The notes under the pieces were generated by a model, which worked only from the letters and a program-made list of their open reading frames with translations, made no database searches and was not told where the DNA came from. The translations under genes and the position numbers were made by a program. From Candidatus Latescibacterota bacterium (GTDB taxonomy: Bacteria > Latescibacterota > UBA2968 > GCA-2709665): 64,000 nucleotides of DNA. Every line of letters starts with the position of its first letter. The stretch's first letter is position 1. Below are positions 10,159 through 20,083 of the stretch, one piece after another. Where the stretch lies: assembly GCA_965226795.1 (NCBI GenBank), contig CBDDDZ010000005.1:1474016-1538015 (forward strand). The letters run 5' to 3'.

Positions 10159-11196
10159 ATGGTGCGAATTACGTCGGTCAGAGCAATCCAGCCGGAATCC
10201 GCCGGAAGTCCGAACGACTGGCGGACATGGATGGGTCAGATCGCGGTCAGCGTTGAGACGGAAGACGGGCTGACGGGCTATGGCGTCGGTGGTGGTGGCG
10301 CGGCGGGCATTCACGTTATAGAGACCGAATTGCGCCGGCTTCTTATAGGCAGCGACGCAACCCCGGTCGAAGACCTTTGGGTCGAAATGTATCGGGCAAC
10401 GCTGCCTTACGGGCGGAAGGGTATCGCGGTGATGGCGATCAGCGGCGTGGATCTGGCGTTGTGGGATCTGAGGGGAAAACGTGAAGGAAAGCCAATAGCC
10501 GTGGTTTTGGCCGGAAAAAACGCATACCATCCGAAAGCTGTTCACTGCTACATGACGGGATTCTCGGCCGAAGAGGTTATTCGTTCCGGCGCAAACGGGT
10601 TCCACGCGCTCAAGTTTCATGCGGGGCTGAACCGGAACCAGGACATCGCAGAGGTGGTTGTTCCGATTCGACGCGTGAGGGACACCCTCGGGCCTGATGT
10701 TCGTCTGATGGCAGACGCGGCGATGAAGCTGGACGCCGATACGGCGCTGCGCCTCGTCGACGCTTTGCAGGGATGTAATCTGGAATGGCTCGAGGAACCG
10801 CTGCCGCCAGAGGATCTGGAAGGATATGGGAAACTGCGCGACCAGAGCCCGATACCCATCGCAGGCGGGGAACATGAATACACGGCAGCCGCTTTCGACG
10901 TTCTGATGAGGGAGCGTCTGCACGCAATCGTACAGCCGGACGCGACCTGGTGTGGTGGACTTACGGAACTGGTGAAGATATACGCCATGGGCGAGAAATA
11001 CGGTGTTCGGGTGTGTCCCCATCGTGGAAGCGAAATCTGGGCGCTGCACGCGATTGCGTCAATAGATCCCGATCCACTGGCCGAATCGGGCCGACCGTGG
11101 ATCGACTGGGTGAACGGGCAACCTGAAATCGTAAATGGAAGTGTCACAAACGGAAGCGCGTCCGGCTTCGGGGTCGGGCTGCCCATCTCGCCGTGA
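10159..11196 (+). CDS. Enolase-superfamily enzyme (mandelate racemase/muconate-lactonizing family; sugar-acid dehydratase-like)
   Basis: MVRITSVRAI...GIAVMAISGVDLALWDLRGK...KLDAD...LEWLEEP...AGGEHEY... Metal-ligand pattern of the family. The start is taken at an internal Met of track ORF 10093..11196. Confidence 0.8.
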   Translation: MVRITSVRAIQPESAGSPNDWRTWMGQIAVSVETEDGLTGYGVGGGGAAGIHVIETELRRLLIGSDATPVEDLWVEMYRATLPYGRKGIAVMAISGVDLALWDLRGKREGKPIAVVLAGKNAYHPKAVHCYMTGFSAEEVIRSGANGFHALKFHAGLNRNQDIAEVVVPIRRVRDTLGPDVRLMADAAMKLDADTALRLVDALQGCNLEWLEEPLPPEDLEGYGKLRDQSPIPIAGGEHEYTAAAFDVLMRERLHAIVQPDATWCGGLTELVKIYAMGEKYGVRVCPHRGSEIWALHAIASIDPDPLAESGRPWIDWVNGQPEIVNGSVTNGSASGFGVGLPISP

Positions 11197-11419
11197 TGAG
11201 ATCACTGGATTTCCGGGGGCGTTTTCATTCAGTGCCTCCAGCGAATTCTTGCAACGGCGCTTGGGCGGGAATCAGGGCGGGTCTTGTTTCGAGCCTGGAT
11301 TGGCGCGGCAGCCAAACGTACGGCGGTCCCGGTTCCGCGAGAATAGGGAGACCGTGAGGGGTTAATTGCGATACATACAGACCTGTCGCAGACGCATTCC
11401 GGTCGGGGTGGCATAGGGG

Positions 11420-11448
11420 TTGACATCAGATCTGGAATACCATACTAT
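11420..11448 (+). promoter_or_regulatory. Candidate sigma-70 promoter: TTGACA, 17-nt spacer, TACTAT
   Basis: Read directly from the sequence. It lies about 135 nt upstream of the small ORF at 11584, which has a GGGAGG SD. Confidence 0.4.
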
Positions 11449-11583
11449 TTGGTGGATTGTCGCCCTTCACTGCACCCGCGGCTCCTGCGTTCGGATCGGC
11501 ATCTGCGGACGGAGCTGGTTTGATTCGCAATCCGAACGCCCTGTGCGCGTCTCCCCCGGATGTTATGAGAAATCGGGAGGAGT

Positions 11584-11934
11584 ATGATGTCCCCTGAACA
11601 TGAAAAATATCTCGAAGACGATCGGATAATGGCGAATCTCGTAGATCCGGTTGATGCCGAAGCGTTTACAAACTTAATGGAATACGCCCACCAGAGGGCC
11701 ATGAGCGCCGCGGATTTTATACGTGAAGTGCCTGAACGCACCTCACGAAAGGCGATTCGGAGGCTGTGCCTGAAAGACAGGAAGCGAACGTTGCGTGCGA
11801 GAATGTCCTCCTTCGCCAAGAACTTATGGGCTCGCCCCGCTGTGGATCCGGAGACCACCCATATTCAGTCACTCTACCCACCCCGCGACCGGCCACAGAT
11901 TCCGGGCGGGAACGGACAGAAACCCAAACGATGA
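11584..11934 (+). CDS. Hypothetical small protein (116 aa)
   Basis: Strong SD (GGGAGG, 7 nt upstream), candidate promoter upstream, ATGA stop/start overlap with the next small ORF. The C-terminal half is low-complexity, so the true extent is uncertain. Confidence 0.35.
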   Translation: MMSPEHEKYLEDDRIMANLVDPVDAEAFTNLMEYAHQRAMSAADFIREVPERTSRKAIRRLCLKDRKRTLRARMSSFAKNLWARPAVDPETTHIQSLYPPRDRPQIPGGNGQKPKR

Positions 11935-12113
11935 TGCAGGAAAACCGACAGGCGTTACAGGTGCACATTCACGAACTGGAAGAACTGGTCGAGGCGATGC
12001 TTGTACATGCGCGATCCGGAAACCAGGAGGCCAGGGAGCGGCTGGTTCACGTGCATCGAGAGGTGATGAATAAACGGCATCGTCTCAAAGACCTGTACAG
12101 GCAGGATGGCTGA
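11931..12113 (+). CDS. Hypothetical small helical protein (60 aa, MMQENRQALQVHIHELEELVEAML...)
   Basis: In-frame tail of track ORF 11766..12113. Its start overlaps the stop of the preceding ORF (ATGATG), suggesting translational coupling. Confidence 0.3.
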   Translation: MMQENRQALQVHIHELEELVEAMLVHARSGNQEARERLVHVHREVMNKRHRLKDLYRQDG

Positions 12114-12199
12114 AGGGTCGGACCTAAAGAGCGAAATATGTCGGGCAAGTTCCGAGACGCTTACCGGAGTTGTGCCGCATATTTCGCCTTTTTTGATTC

Positions 12200-12634
12200 A
12201 TGCGGACTGAGATGCGAATTCTTGCGGTAGACTATGGCCGCCGCCGCGTGGGCCTGGCCGTTTCCGACGAACTGGGTTTGGCCGGACGGGGGTTACCGAC
12301 GATTCAGGCGGGCTCACAAAGCTCAGCGGTAGATTCCGTGGCACAGGTGGCCTCGGACGTTGGGGCAGCCGCACTACTCGTCGGCCTGCCGCTCAATATG
12401 GATGGTAGCCGTGGGCCGATGGCTGAAGCGGCCGAAGCATTCGCTACCGCATTGAATCGAACAACGGGGCTGCCTGTTCGTCTGTGGGATGAACGACTGA
12501 CCACCGTTGCCGCGCGACGTGCGATAAGGGAAATTGGGGCCAGGGATCGAAAAACAAAGGGCCTTGTGGATCGGATGGCGGCGGTTTTGCTTCTGAATAA
12601 CTATCTGCTGGCGCAGGATTCGGCGGAACCGTGA
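12200..12634 (+). CDS. ruvX: Holliday junction resolvase-like nuclease RuvX/YqgF
   Basis: ILAVDYGRRRVGLAVSD ... GLPLNMDGS ... ERLTTVAARR. YqgF/RuvX signature. Confidence 0.85.
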   Translation: MRTEMRILAVDYGRRRVGLAVSDELGLAGRGLPTIQAGSQSSAVDSVAQVASDVGAAALLVGLPLNMDGSRGPMAEAAEAFATALNRTTGLPVRLWDERLTTVAARRAIREIGARDRKTKGLVDRMAAVLLLNNYLLAQDSAEP

Positions 12635-13725
12635 TGGGAACCCAGGAAAAACACGGCCTGTCGCCGATCGGTTCGGATGGTCGCCGGTCCTGGAGATCTC
12701 ACGTTTTCGGGTCGGCGATCGTTCGTTTAATATTCACGCTCATCTGTGTGGGTGCTTTGGGCCTGGTGCTGGTTGTCCTTGCAATGAACCGTCCGACAGG
12801 ATCAGGGCCGAGAGAAATCGTCATTCAGAATGGGATGACAGTTGTACAGATCGGAAGGTTGTTGCGCCATGAGAAGGTGATTCGAAGTCCACAGCTTCTC
12901 ATCCTGTTTTCCATATTTAACGGTACCAGCAGGCAACTCAAGGCCGGGTTTCACCGGTTCCAGGAGGGCATGAGTACCTGGGAAGTCCTCAAAGAACTGT
13001 CCGTGTCCAGAGACAATTACCGCGTTGTGACCCTCCCGGAAGGCATGACCCTGGAGCAGACGCTCCGGCGCCTGGCGGCTGAATTGGATCTGGACGAGGG
13101 GAAAATGAGGGGTCTCGCGTCTGATCCCGGATATTGTCGCCGATCGGGTGTAACCGCGGATAACCTCGAGGGTTACCTCTTTCCCGAAACCTATCGGTTT
13201 TCGCTGACGATGGACGAAGAGCAAGTCATCCGGATGCCGGTACGGCATTTCTTCAGGATTTTCGATGGGAAAATGGCGGCGCGAGCGCGTCAGATGGACA
13301 TGTCGGTACATGACGTCGTCACGCTGGCCTCCATTATCGAAGGCGAAGCGCTGTTGGATGAAGAACGGGCGACGATCTCGGCGGTCTATCACAACCGGCT
13401 CAAGCGAGGGATGTATCTCCAGGCCGATCCGACGATCCAATATGCCATTGAGGGAGGTCCCCGCAGGTTGTTTAACAAAGATTACAAGATCGACTCCCCC
13501 TACAATACCTATCGCCATCGCGGGTTACCGCCCGGTCCCGTGATGAATCCGGGGGCCGCGTCGCTGAAGGCTGCACTTTACCCGGCGGAGGTGGACTACC
13601 TCTTTTTTGTGGCCAGGGGAGACGGATCGCACGTGTTCAGCAGAACTTCCCGCGAACATAACGACGCGGAGCGGAAGACAAGGTGGGTCAGAAGACGCGG
13701 CTGGAAAACGCCCGGGACCCCTTGA
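12631..13725 (+). CDS. mltG: Endolytic murein transglycosylase MltG (YceG family)
   Basis: N-terminal TM, then ...LEGYLFPETYRF... and ...YNTYRHRGLPPGPVMNPG... Family motifs. ATGA overlap with ruvX. Confidence 0.85.
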   Translation: MMGTQEKHGLSPIGSDGRRSWRSHVFGSAIVRLIFTLICVGALGLVLVVLAMNRPTGSGPREIVIQNGMTVVQIGRLLRHEKVIRSPQLLILFSIFNGTSRQLKAGFHRFQEGMSTWEVLKELSVSRDNYRVVTLPEGMTLEQTLRRLAAELDLDEGKMRGLASDPGYCRRSGVTADNLEGYLFPETYRFSLTMDEEQVIRMPVRHFFRIFDGKMAARARQMDMSVHDVVTLASIIEGEALLDEERATISAVYHNRLKRGMYLQADPTIQYAIEGGPRRLFNKDYKIDSPYNTYRHRGLPPGPVMNPGAASLKAALYPAEVDYLFFVARGDGSHVFSRTSREHNDAERKTRWVRRRGWKTPGTP

Positions 13726-13743
13726 ATAGAGGAAATCGAGGGA

Positions 13744-15897
13744 ATGCAGCCCATTCTGGAGGGGTTGAACGAACAGCAGAAAGAGGCGGTGTGCGTCGTG
13801 GATCGCCCGGTTCTCGTCCTGGCGGGGGCCGGATCCGGCAAGACACGAGTGCTGACCCGCCGTATAGCCTACCTGATTGACGTTTGCGGCGTCCATCCTG
13901 GCGCAATTGTGGCCATGACGTTTACCAACAAGGCAGCGGGTGAGATGAATGGCCGCGTAGAGAATCTGTTAAACCGAACCACCAGGGGCTTGTGGCTGGG
14001 GACGTTCCACTCCCTGTGCGCGCGAATCTTAAGGAGGGAGCCCGGCGCGGCCGGCCTGGACTCCAATTTCTCCATATACGATTCTGACGACCAGCTCGCG
14101 TTGATGCGGAAGGTTATTCGAGATCAGGAGATTTCAGAGCGGCAGTTTCCTCCCCGGCAGGTTCGGGCGCGAATCAGTTCCGAGAAAAGCCGCATGGTCG
14201 ATCCGGTCGCATTTGCGCAACGTGCCGGTACTTTTTATGAGCAGCAGGTCGCCCGGATTTACCGGCAGTACCAATCGGCTTTACAACAGAACAACGCCGT
14301 GGATTTTGACGATCTTCTCATGCTGACGGTGCAGGTTTTCAGAGAGGACGCGACGATCCTGGAGCGGTACCAGAACCGGTTCGCGCACTGTCTGATCGAC
14401 GAGTACCAGGATACCAATCGGCCACAGTATCTTTTTGCGCGTTCGCTGGCAGGAAAGCATGGCCGCATCTTCGTGGTCGGAGACGACGACCAGAGCATCT
14501 ATGGCTGGCGCGGCGCGGATTTGGGAAACATCCTGAATTTCGAGAGGGATTTTCCCAATGCCCACGTCATCCGTCTCGAACAGAACTACCGGTCGTCACA
14601 GGTAATTCTTGGCGCGGGAAACGCGGTGATTCGCAACAACCTCGGACGTAAGGGGAAAGAGCTCTGGACAAATCGGGATCGAGGGGAACGGATTCAGCTC
14701 ACGCGGTGCGCGGACGAAGTGGACGAAGCCAAATGGATCGCTCGGAAACTGAAACTTCTCAGGGGGATGTATACCTATGGACAGATCGCCCTACTGTACC
14801 GTACGAACGCTCAGTCACGCGCGCTGGAAGACGGATTGCGTTACCAGGCGATTCCATATGTGATTGTCGGGGGGGTGCGATTTTACGAACGCATGGAAGT
14901 CAAGGATGTGCTTGCGTATCTCAGGCTGATCGTGAATCCCAGCGATTCGATCAGCCTGTACCGTATTGTCAATACCCCGCGCCGCGGCATTGGCCAGACC
15001 TCTCTCGCAAAACTGGAAGCCTTTGCGGCGGGCGAGGATATCACACCTTTTGACGCAATGTCGCATGCCATCGACATAGACGGCCTCACCGCCCGCGCGA
15101 GAGCAGCGATGGGTAGATTTCACGGGATGCTTGAAGGATTCCGGAGCCGATTGGAGGATGAACCGGCACACCTGCTGGCGGATCGCATCATACAGGAAAC
15201 CGAATATTTGCAGACACTGGAAGAGTTGACGCCCGCCGAGACCATTTCCCGCTCCGAGAATGTGCAGGAACTGCTGGTGGCTATAGAGGATTTCGTGCGC
15301 CGGTCCGACACACCTTCTCTAGCGGCATTTTTGCGTGAAGTCGCATTGGTTACCGACGTGGACCAGTGGCGCGAGGAGACCGAAGCCGCGACGTTGATGA
15401 CCTTGCATAGCGCGAAAGGACTCGAGTTTCCCGTGGTATTTATTACGGGCCTGGAAGAAGGATTGTTCCCTATCTTGAGGGAACACGACGATCCTCTGGC
15501 TGAAGAGGCGGCCGTGGAGGAGGAGCGGCGGTTGTTTTACGTGGGCGTGACAAGGGCGCAGGACCGGCTTCTCCTGACACATGCCACGCAGCGTCGGCGT
15601 TACGGCGGCGCATCGGCCAATTCCGAATCCAGATTCCTGCGAGAGATTCCAGGCGATCTGATCGTTCGGGGGCATGACTTTCAGGAAGAGATTTCCTTAC
15701 CTGACCGGATGAAAACGTCGACAGGTGACGACCCCTTCCCGATGGAAACTGGTACGTCCATTCTCCATCCCACTTGGGGGCGCGGACGAATTGTCGATCG
15801 CTCCGGAAGCGGTCCGGATACCAAACTCACGGTTCGCTTTCAGAACGGATCAACTAAAAAGGTGGTCGTTCGGTTCGCCGATCTTAGGCCGGGATGA
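13744..15897 (+). CDS. uvrD: ATP-dependent DNA helicase UvrD/PcrA (SF1)
   Basis: LNEQQKEAV, GAGSGKTRVLTRRIAYL (Walker A), DEYQDTN, LEQNYRSS, VGVTRA. 717 aa. Confidence 0.9.
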   Translation: MQPILEGLNEQQKEAVCVVDRPVLVLAGAGSGKTRVLTRRIAYLIDVCGVHPGAIVAMTFTNKAAGEMNGRVENLLNRTTRGLWLGTFHSLCARILRREPGAAGLDSNFSIYDSDDQLALMRKVIRDQEISERQFPPRQVRARISSEKSRMVDPVAFAQRAGTFYEQQVARIYRQYQSALQQNNAVDFDDLLMLTVQVFREDATILERYQNRFAHCLIDEYQDTNRPQYLFARSLAGKHGRIFVVGDDDQSIYGWRGADLGNILNFERDFPNAHVIRLEQNYRSSQVILGAGNAVIRNNLGRKGKELWTNRDRGERIQLTRCADEVDEAKWIARKLKLLRGMYTYGQIALLYRTNAQSRALEDGLRYQAIPYVIVGGVRFYERMEVKDVLAYLRLIVNPSDSISLYRIVNTPRRGIGQTSLAKLEAFAAGEDITPFDAMSHAIDIDGLTARARAAMGRFHGMLEGFRSRLEDEPAHLLADRIIQETEYLQTLEELTPAETISRSENVQELLVAIEDFVRRSDTPSLAAFLREVALVTDVDQWREETEAATLMTLHSAKGLEFPVVFITGLEEGLFPILREHDDPLAEEAAVEEERRLFYVGVTRAQDRLLLTHATQRRRYGGASANSESRFLREIPGDLIVRGHDFQEEISLPDRMKTSTGDDPFPMETGTSILHPTWGRGRIVDRSGSGPDTKLTVRFQNGSTKKVVVRFADLRPG

Positions 15898-16029
15898 TCG
15901 TAAGCCGTCAGCCGCGCCGGCTATTGGTCCTCAACGCCAAAATCCTCTTGATTTCGAGTCTAATTTGACTCATATTACAATCACAATTAAGACCGCATAT
16001 AACCACAATCCATTTTCATGGGTTTGTTT

Positions 16030-16317
16030 ATGTCGGTTACGCTGGAAGATGTACGAAAGGTTGCACAGCTTGCCCGGCTCAGGTTTGACAGGGACGAGGA
16101 GGAACGGCTGGTTGTCGACCTGAATCAGATGCTGGAGTATGCGGCCGCGCTGGAGAAACTGAATACAACCGGCGTTGCGCCCACGTCGCACGTATTGCCT
16201 GTCTATAACGTGTTTCGCGAGGACACGCCCGTTTCGTCGCTTTCCCAGACCGAGGCGCTGTCGAATGCACCGAGTTCAGGCTACGGTCATTTCAGAGTAC
16301 CTAAAGTTATCGAATAG
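16030..16317 (+). CDS. gatC: Asp/Glu-tRNA amidotransferase subunit C
   Basis: MSVTLEDVRKVAQLARLRFDRDEEERL..LNQMLEYAAALEKLNT... Typical GatC. Confidence 0.85.
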   Translation: MSVTLEDVRKVAQLARLRFDRDEEERLVVDLNQMLEYAAALEKLNTTGVAPTSHVLPVYNVFREDTPVSSLSQTEALSNAPSSGYGHFRVPKVIE

Positions 16318-16374
16318 GTTTCGGCGGTGGTTTTGTCAACACCGCCGTTCTTTGTTGCGCCTGTGGAGGAGCGG

Positions 16375-18162
16375 ATGGTAAAGCGGAGTGATTACAACGG
16401 CCCTAAATACATCGTCGTCGCCGGCGGTGTAATAAGCGGTGTGGGCAAGGGTCTAGCTACGGCGTCGATCGGCAAGATTTTGCAGGAGCACGGTTACAAA
16501 GCCACCGCAATCAAGATTGATCCCTATCTCAATTACGATGCCGGCACCCTGCGTCCCACGGAGCACGGAGAAGTGTGGGTAACGGACGACGGCGGCGAAA
16601 TCGATCTGGACCTCGGGAACTACGAGAGATTCCTGGGAATCGACCTCCCAAGGAAGAACAACCTGACCACGGGCCAGATCTACCATACCGTGATCGAGCG
16701 GGAACGCCGCGGGGTATACCTGGGGAAGACCGTTCAGCCGATTCCCCATATAACCGATGAAATCAAGCAGCGAATAACGGACTCGGCAAAAGGGTTCGAC
16801 ATTGCGCTTGTAGAGATCGGCGGCACAATCGGAGACGACGAGAATCGGCCCTTTTTGTTCGCAATGAAGAGCCTGGAGCGGGAGGTAGGAGAGGACAACG
16901 TCGTTTACGTACTGGTCACCTATCTGCCGGTGCCCGGGCATGTCGGCGAGATGAAAACCAAGCCCACTCAGCATGCGATCCGCCTATTGAGCGAAAACGG
17001 AATATTCGCGGATTTCATCATCTGCCGCGCGGTGGAATCACTGGACGACATTCGGAAGAGAAAAATCGAGATTTCAGCGAATATCTCGGCGGACCGGATT
17101 ATTTCAGCACCTGACGTCGACAGTATCTATCAGGTACCGCTGGAATACGAAAAGGACCGATTGGGCGAGAAGATCCTGGATGAGTTCGGCCTCACTCCCA
17201 AAAGAACGCCCGACTGGGAGCGTTGGTGTGAACTGTTGGAGATGATTCGTGTACCTAGGGATCGGGTGCGCGTAGCTATGGTAGGCAAATACGTCGGAAT
17301 AGGGGATTATGAATTTCAGGATTCCTATATCTCCGTCAATCAATCACTGGAACACGCGGGCGCCCTGTTGGATACCAAGGTCGAGATCGAGTGGATCGAC
17401 TCCAGCCGTCTGGAGCATCACGAGGTTGACGAGGTACTCGGTGGCTATCACGGCATTATTGTACCCGGCGCGTTTGGCGAGGGCGGCTCTGAGGGTGCCA
17501 TCAATGCCGTCCGCTACGCCAGGGAAAACCAGGTGCCTTTCCTGGGCCTGTGTTACGGGCTGCAGATGGCTGTTGTGGAATACTCTCGCCACGTGGCCGG
17601 ATTGAGCGAAGCGAATTCCGTCGAGATGGACCCCGATACGCCCCATGCGGTAATCGACATTCAGTATACTCAACGGCAGAATATGGAAGAAAACCGATAT
17701 GGCGGCACCATGAGGTTGGGAGGGTACGCGGCCGTATTACGACGAGAATCCCGGGTGTTGGACCTCTACGAGCGAACAGGACGGCTTGAGGAGGATTCCT
17801 GGAGGATACAACAACTGCGGCAGCGCCCCGATCAGGCGTTCCGGTGCGGTGTGATCCTGCCAAGCGAGAATGCAGTGATTGAACGACATCGGCACCGGTA
17901 TGAAGTTGCGCCGAAATACGTGGATTTGCTCGAGGAATACGGCCTGTTCTTTTCAGGATTCCACCGCAGAGAGGATGGTGCAAAACTGATGGAATTCGTG
18001 GAACTGCCCAATCATCCGTTTTTTGTTGCAACCCAGGCACATCCCGAGTTCAAGTCCCGGCTCGAACGTCCCGCGCCGTTGTTTTATGGACTTATCAATG
18101 CGTCCATCCGTCACTCGGGAACGGGTCAGGAGAAATCCGTTCAGATCGAGATTGAAACATGA
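16375..18162 (+). CDS. pyrG: CTP synthase
   Basis: KYIVVAGGVISGVGKG...; glutamine amidotransferase domain GLCYGLQ. The start is set at the internal Met of track ORF 16327..18162. Confidence 0.95.
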   Translation: MVKRSDYNGPKYIVVAGGVISGVGKGLATASIGKILQEHGYKATAIKIDPYLNYDAGTLRPTEHGEVWVTDDGGEIDLDLGNYERFLGIDLPRKNNLTTGQIYHTVIERERRGVYLGKTVQPIPHITDEIKQRITDSAKGFDIALVEIGGTIGDDENRPFLFAMKSLEREVGEDNVVYVLVTYLPVPGHVGEMKTKPTQHAIRLLSENGIFADFIICRAVESLDDIRKRKIEISANISADRIISAPDVDSIYQVPLEYEKDRLGEKILDEFGLTPKRTPDWERWCELLEMIRVPRDRVRVAMVGKYVGIGDYEFQDSYISVNQSLEHAGALLDTKVEIEWIDSSRLEHHEVDEVLGGYHGIIVPGAFGEGGSEGAINAVRYARENQVPFLGLCYGLQMAVVEYSRHVAGLSEANSVEMDPDTPHAVIDIQYTQRQNMEENRYGGTMRLGGYAAVLRRESRVLDLYERTGRLEEDSWRIQQLRQRPDQAFRCGVILPSENAVIERHRHRYEVAPKYVDLLEEYGLFFSGFHRREDGAKLMEFVELPNHPFFVATQAHPEFKSRLERPAPLFYGLINASIRHSGTGQEKSVQIEIET

Positions 18163-18716
18163 CACCGGCCTGGGCGGCCCCGGTTTTGTACGGGGTCTGC
18201 CTGTTCTTCGCATTGTTGGCGGGCTGCACGCCGTCGTCCGAACCTTCATCTTCTCATACGGTCTTCGAACCTCCGGATCAGGAGGCGTGGGGATGGAACA
18301 CGGTGGTTACCCGGAACGGTCGAAAACGCGCGGAGGTTGCGGCCGGACATTTCCGGAAGTACGATCGAACGCTAACAGCTCTCCTCGATAGCGGCGTCGC
18401 GGTTTCTTTTTACGATGGGTCCGGGATGAAACGGGTATCGGAATTGACGGCTATACAGGCGGAGATTGACGAAGAATCCTGGGATATGGTGGCAATGGGC
18501 GAAGTTGCTCTGGTTGCGAATAACGGTACCCGTCTGGAAACCGATACGTTGCGCTGGAGCCGTGAGACAGACAGAATTACGGGAAACGGGCGGATGACCC
18601 TCCGTCGACCCGACGGAGAGGAGACCGGGGTTGGGTTCGAGGCTTCTTCCGATCTGAAATGGTGGAAAATGCGACAGGTTTCGACGCGTCTGGGCGTGGG
18701 GGATTCTCTCCGATAA
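18159..18716 (+). CDS. LptC-like periplasmic lipoprotein (LPS export, putative)
   Basis: Lipobox LLAGC at the N-terminus. Small beta-rich protein immediately upstream of the OstA-family and lptB genes. Assigned mainly by synteny. Confidence 0.5.
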   Translation: MTPAWAAPVLYGVCLFFALLAGCTPSSEPSSSHTVFEPPDQEAWGWNTVVTRNGRKRAEVAAGHFRKYDRTLTALLDSGVAVSFYDGSGMKRVSELTAIQAEIDEESWDMVAMGEVALVANNGTRLETDTLRWSRETDRITGNGRMTLRRPDGEETGVGFEASSDLKWWKMRQVSTRLGVGDSLR

Positions 18717-18757
18717 CGATCTGCTTTTCTGCAAGCCTCCCCTTTCCTTCCTCTTTT

Positions 18758-20083
18758 ATGCTCTTCTCTCTGTTTTTTTTGCCGTATTTCCTGACAACGG
18801 CCTCTCCTGTTGACGCAACCGAATTGATTCGTGCGGACCGCAGCGAAACCACGCTGCGGGATTCCGGCGTTTTACGGATTGCAGTGGGCACGGTCACCTA
18901 CCAACACCCTGAACGTCTACTCAGCGTAAATGCCGATTCCGCTCGCCTTTGGATTCCCGACGGGGGTATATCAATAGCGAGGTTTTTCGGTCGAGTTGCG
19001 TACCGGGATTCAGCAAGACAACTGGACGCCGCCGCCATGACGTACCTGCCACGCACGGACGTGGCTACTTTTGTGGGTGCGGTGCGGGTTATCGAAAATG
19101 ACCGCCTCTTGACTGCCCAGCGGGTGGAGTACCACAAAAAGGAGAACAGGCTGGACGCCGAGGGCGGGGTGACGCTGAGCTACGGCGGGCAGCGGATTTC
19201 ATTGCGTGCACCGGCGATGACGTATCATGTGTTGGCCGATTCGGGTTCAGGTACAGGCGGCGTACACGCCGTGCGTTTGCCGGATACACCGGGAGATTCG
19301 CTCGCCGTCCGCTCGGACTCGATGCATTTTGCCAACCTGGGAGATCGCCTGCGGTTCCTGGGCCGCGTCCGTATGGATCACGCCGGTATGCTGGCGGGTG
19401 CGCCTCGCGGCCGCTATTTCAGGCGGTTCGACCGCCTGGAACTGGGAGGCGGGACATATGCTGTCTGGATTCAGAACGACGAAACTCGGGCTGATTCGGT
19501 GACGTTGAGCGCCGAACGGATGCAGGTACAGGGTGCGGGTGGTAATGCGCTCAAAGAAATCGTACTGGTCGGCGCTGCCAGACTGCGGATGGAGGCAGTG
19601 CAGCCGGAGCGAGACGGTGCGCAGGCGGTTCACGCCGATTCGGTTGTGCTTGGCATGGCGGGAGGCCAGATCGTCACCGTAGATGCATCAGGAGAGGCTT
19701 CAACGATGTTGACCGCGCGTGATGGCGCCAGCGTGGACCTAAAGGGCCAGCGAATATGGATTGAGTTTCGGGATGGAGGCCTCGATAGCCTGACGGTTCA
19801 CGGGCACGGCATCGGCGCCTATTTCTCGTCCGATAGCGCAACCGTCAGTCGAATTTCCGGTGGCTCGATTGCGTTTGGTTTCGAAAGAGGAGCCGTACGA
19901 TTCGTCGGGATCAAGGAGACTGCCCGATGTACGCACCGTTCGACGGCCGGGAATACCGGTGACATCCAGCTATCGGGGGATCAAGTGAAACTGACGTTCG
20001 AGGGCGACAGGCTCGCCAATGTTCAGGCGGAAGGCGGAGTTCGAGGCCGATACAAACCGGCGGAATCCGGAGAGGCACCATGA
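18758..20083 (+). CDS. LptA/OstA-family periplasmic protein (unusually long, ~441 aa; start set at internal Met)
   Basis: Signal peptide, then repeated OstA-like beta-jellyroll segments. Its stop overlaps the lptB start (ATGA). Confidence 0.6.
   Translation: MLFSLFFLPYFLTTASPVDATELIRADRSETTLRDSGVLRIAVGTVTYQHPERLLSVNADSARLWIPDGGISIARFFGRVAYRDSARQLDAAAMTYLPRTDVATFVGAVRVIENDRLLTAQRVEYHKKENRLDAEGGVTLSYGGQRISLRAPAMTYHVLADSGSGTGGVHAVRLPDTPGDSLAVRSDSMHFANLGDRLRFLGRVRMDHAGMLAGAPRGRYFRRFDRLELGGGTYAVWIQNDETRADSVTLSAERMQVQGAGGNALKEIVLVGAARLRMEAVQPERDGAQAVHADSVVLGMAGGQIVTVDASGEASTMLTARDGASVDLKGQRIWIEFRDGGLDSLTVHGHGIGAYFSSDSATVSRISGGSIAFGFERGAVRFVGIKETARCTHRSTAGNTGDIQLSGDQVKLTFEGDRLANVQAEGGVRGRYKPAESGEAP

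Noticed and set aside
10099-11186. Minus-strand ORFs of 316 and 189 aa
   Set aside because: Antisense to the enolase-superfamily gene, which has clear family motifs.
12802-13518. 238-aa minus-strand ORF
   Set aside because: Antisense to mltG.
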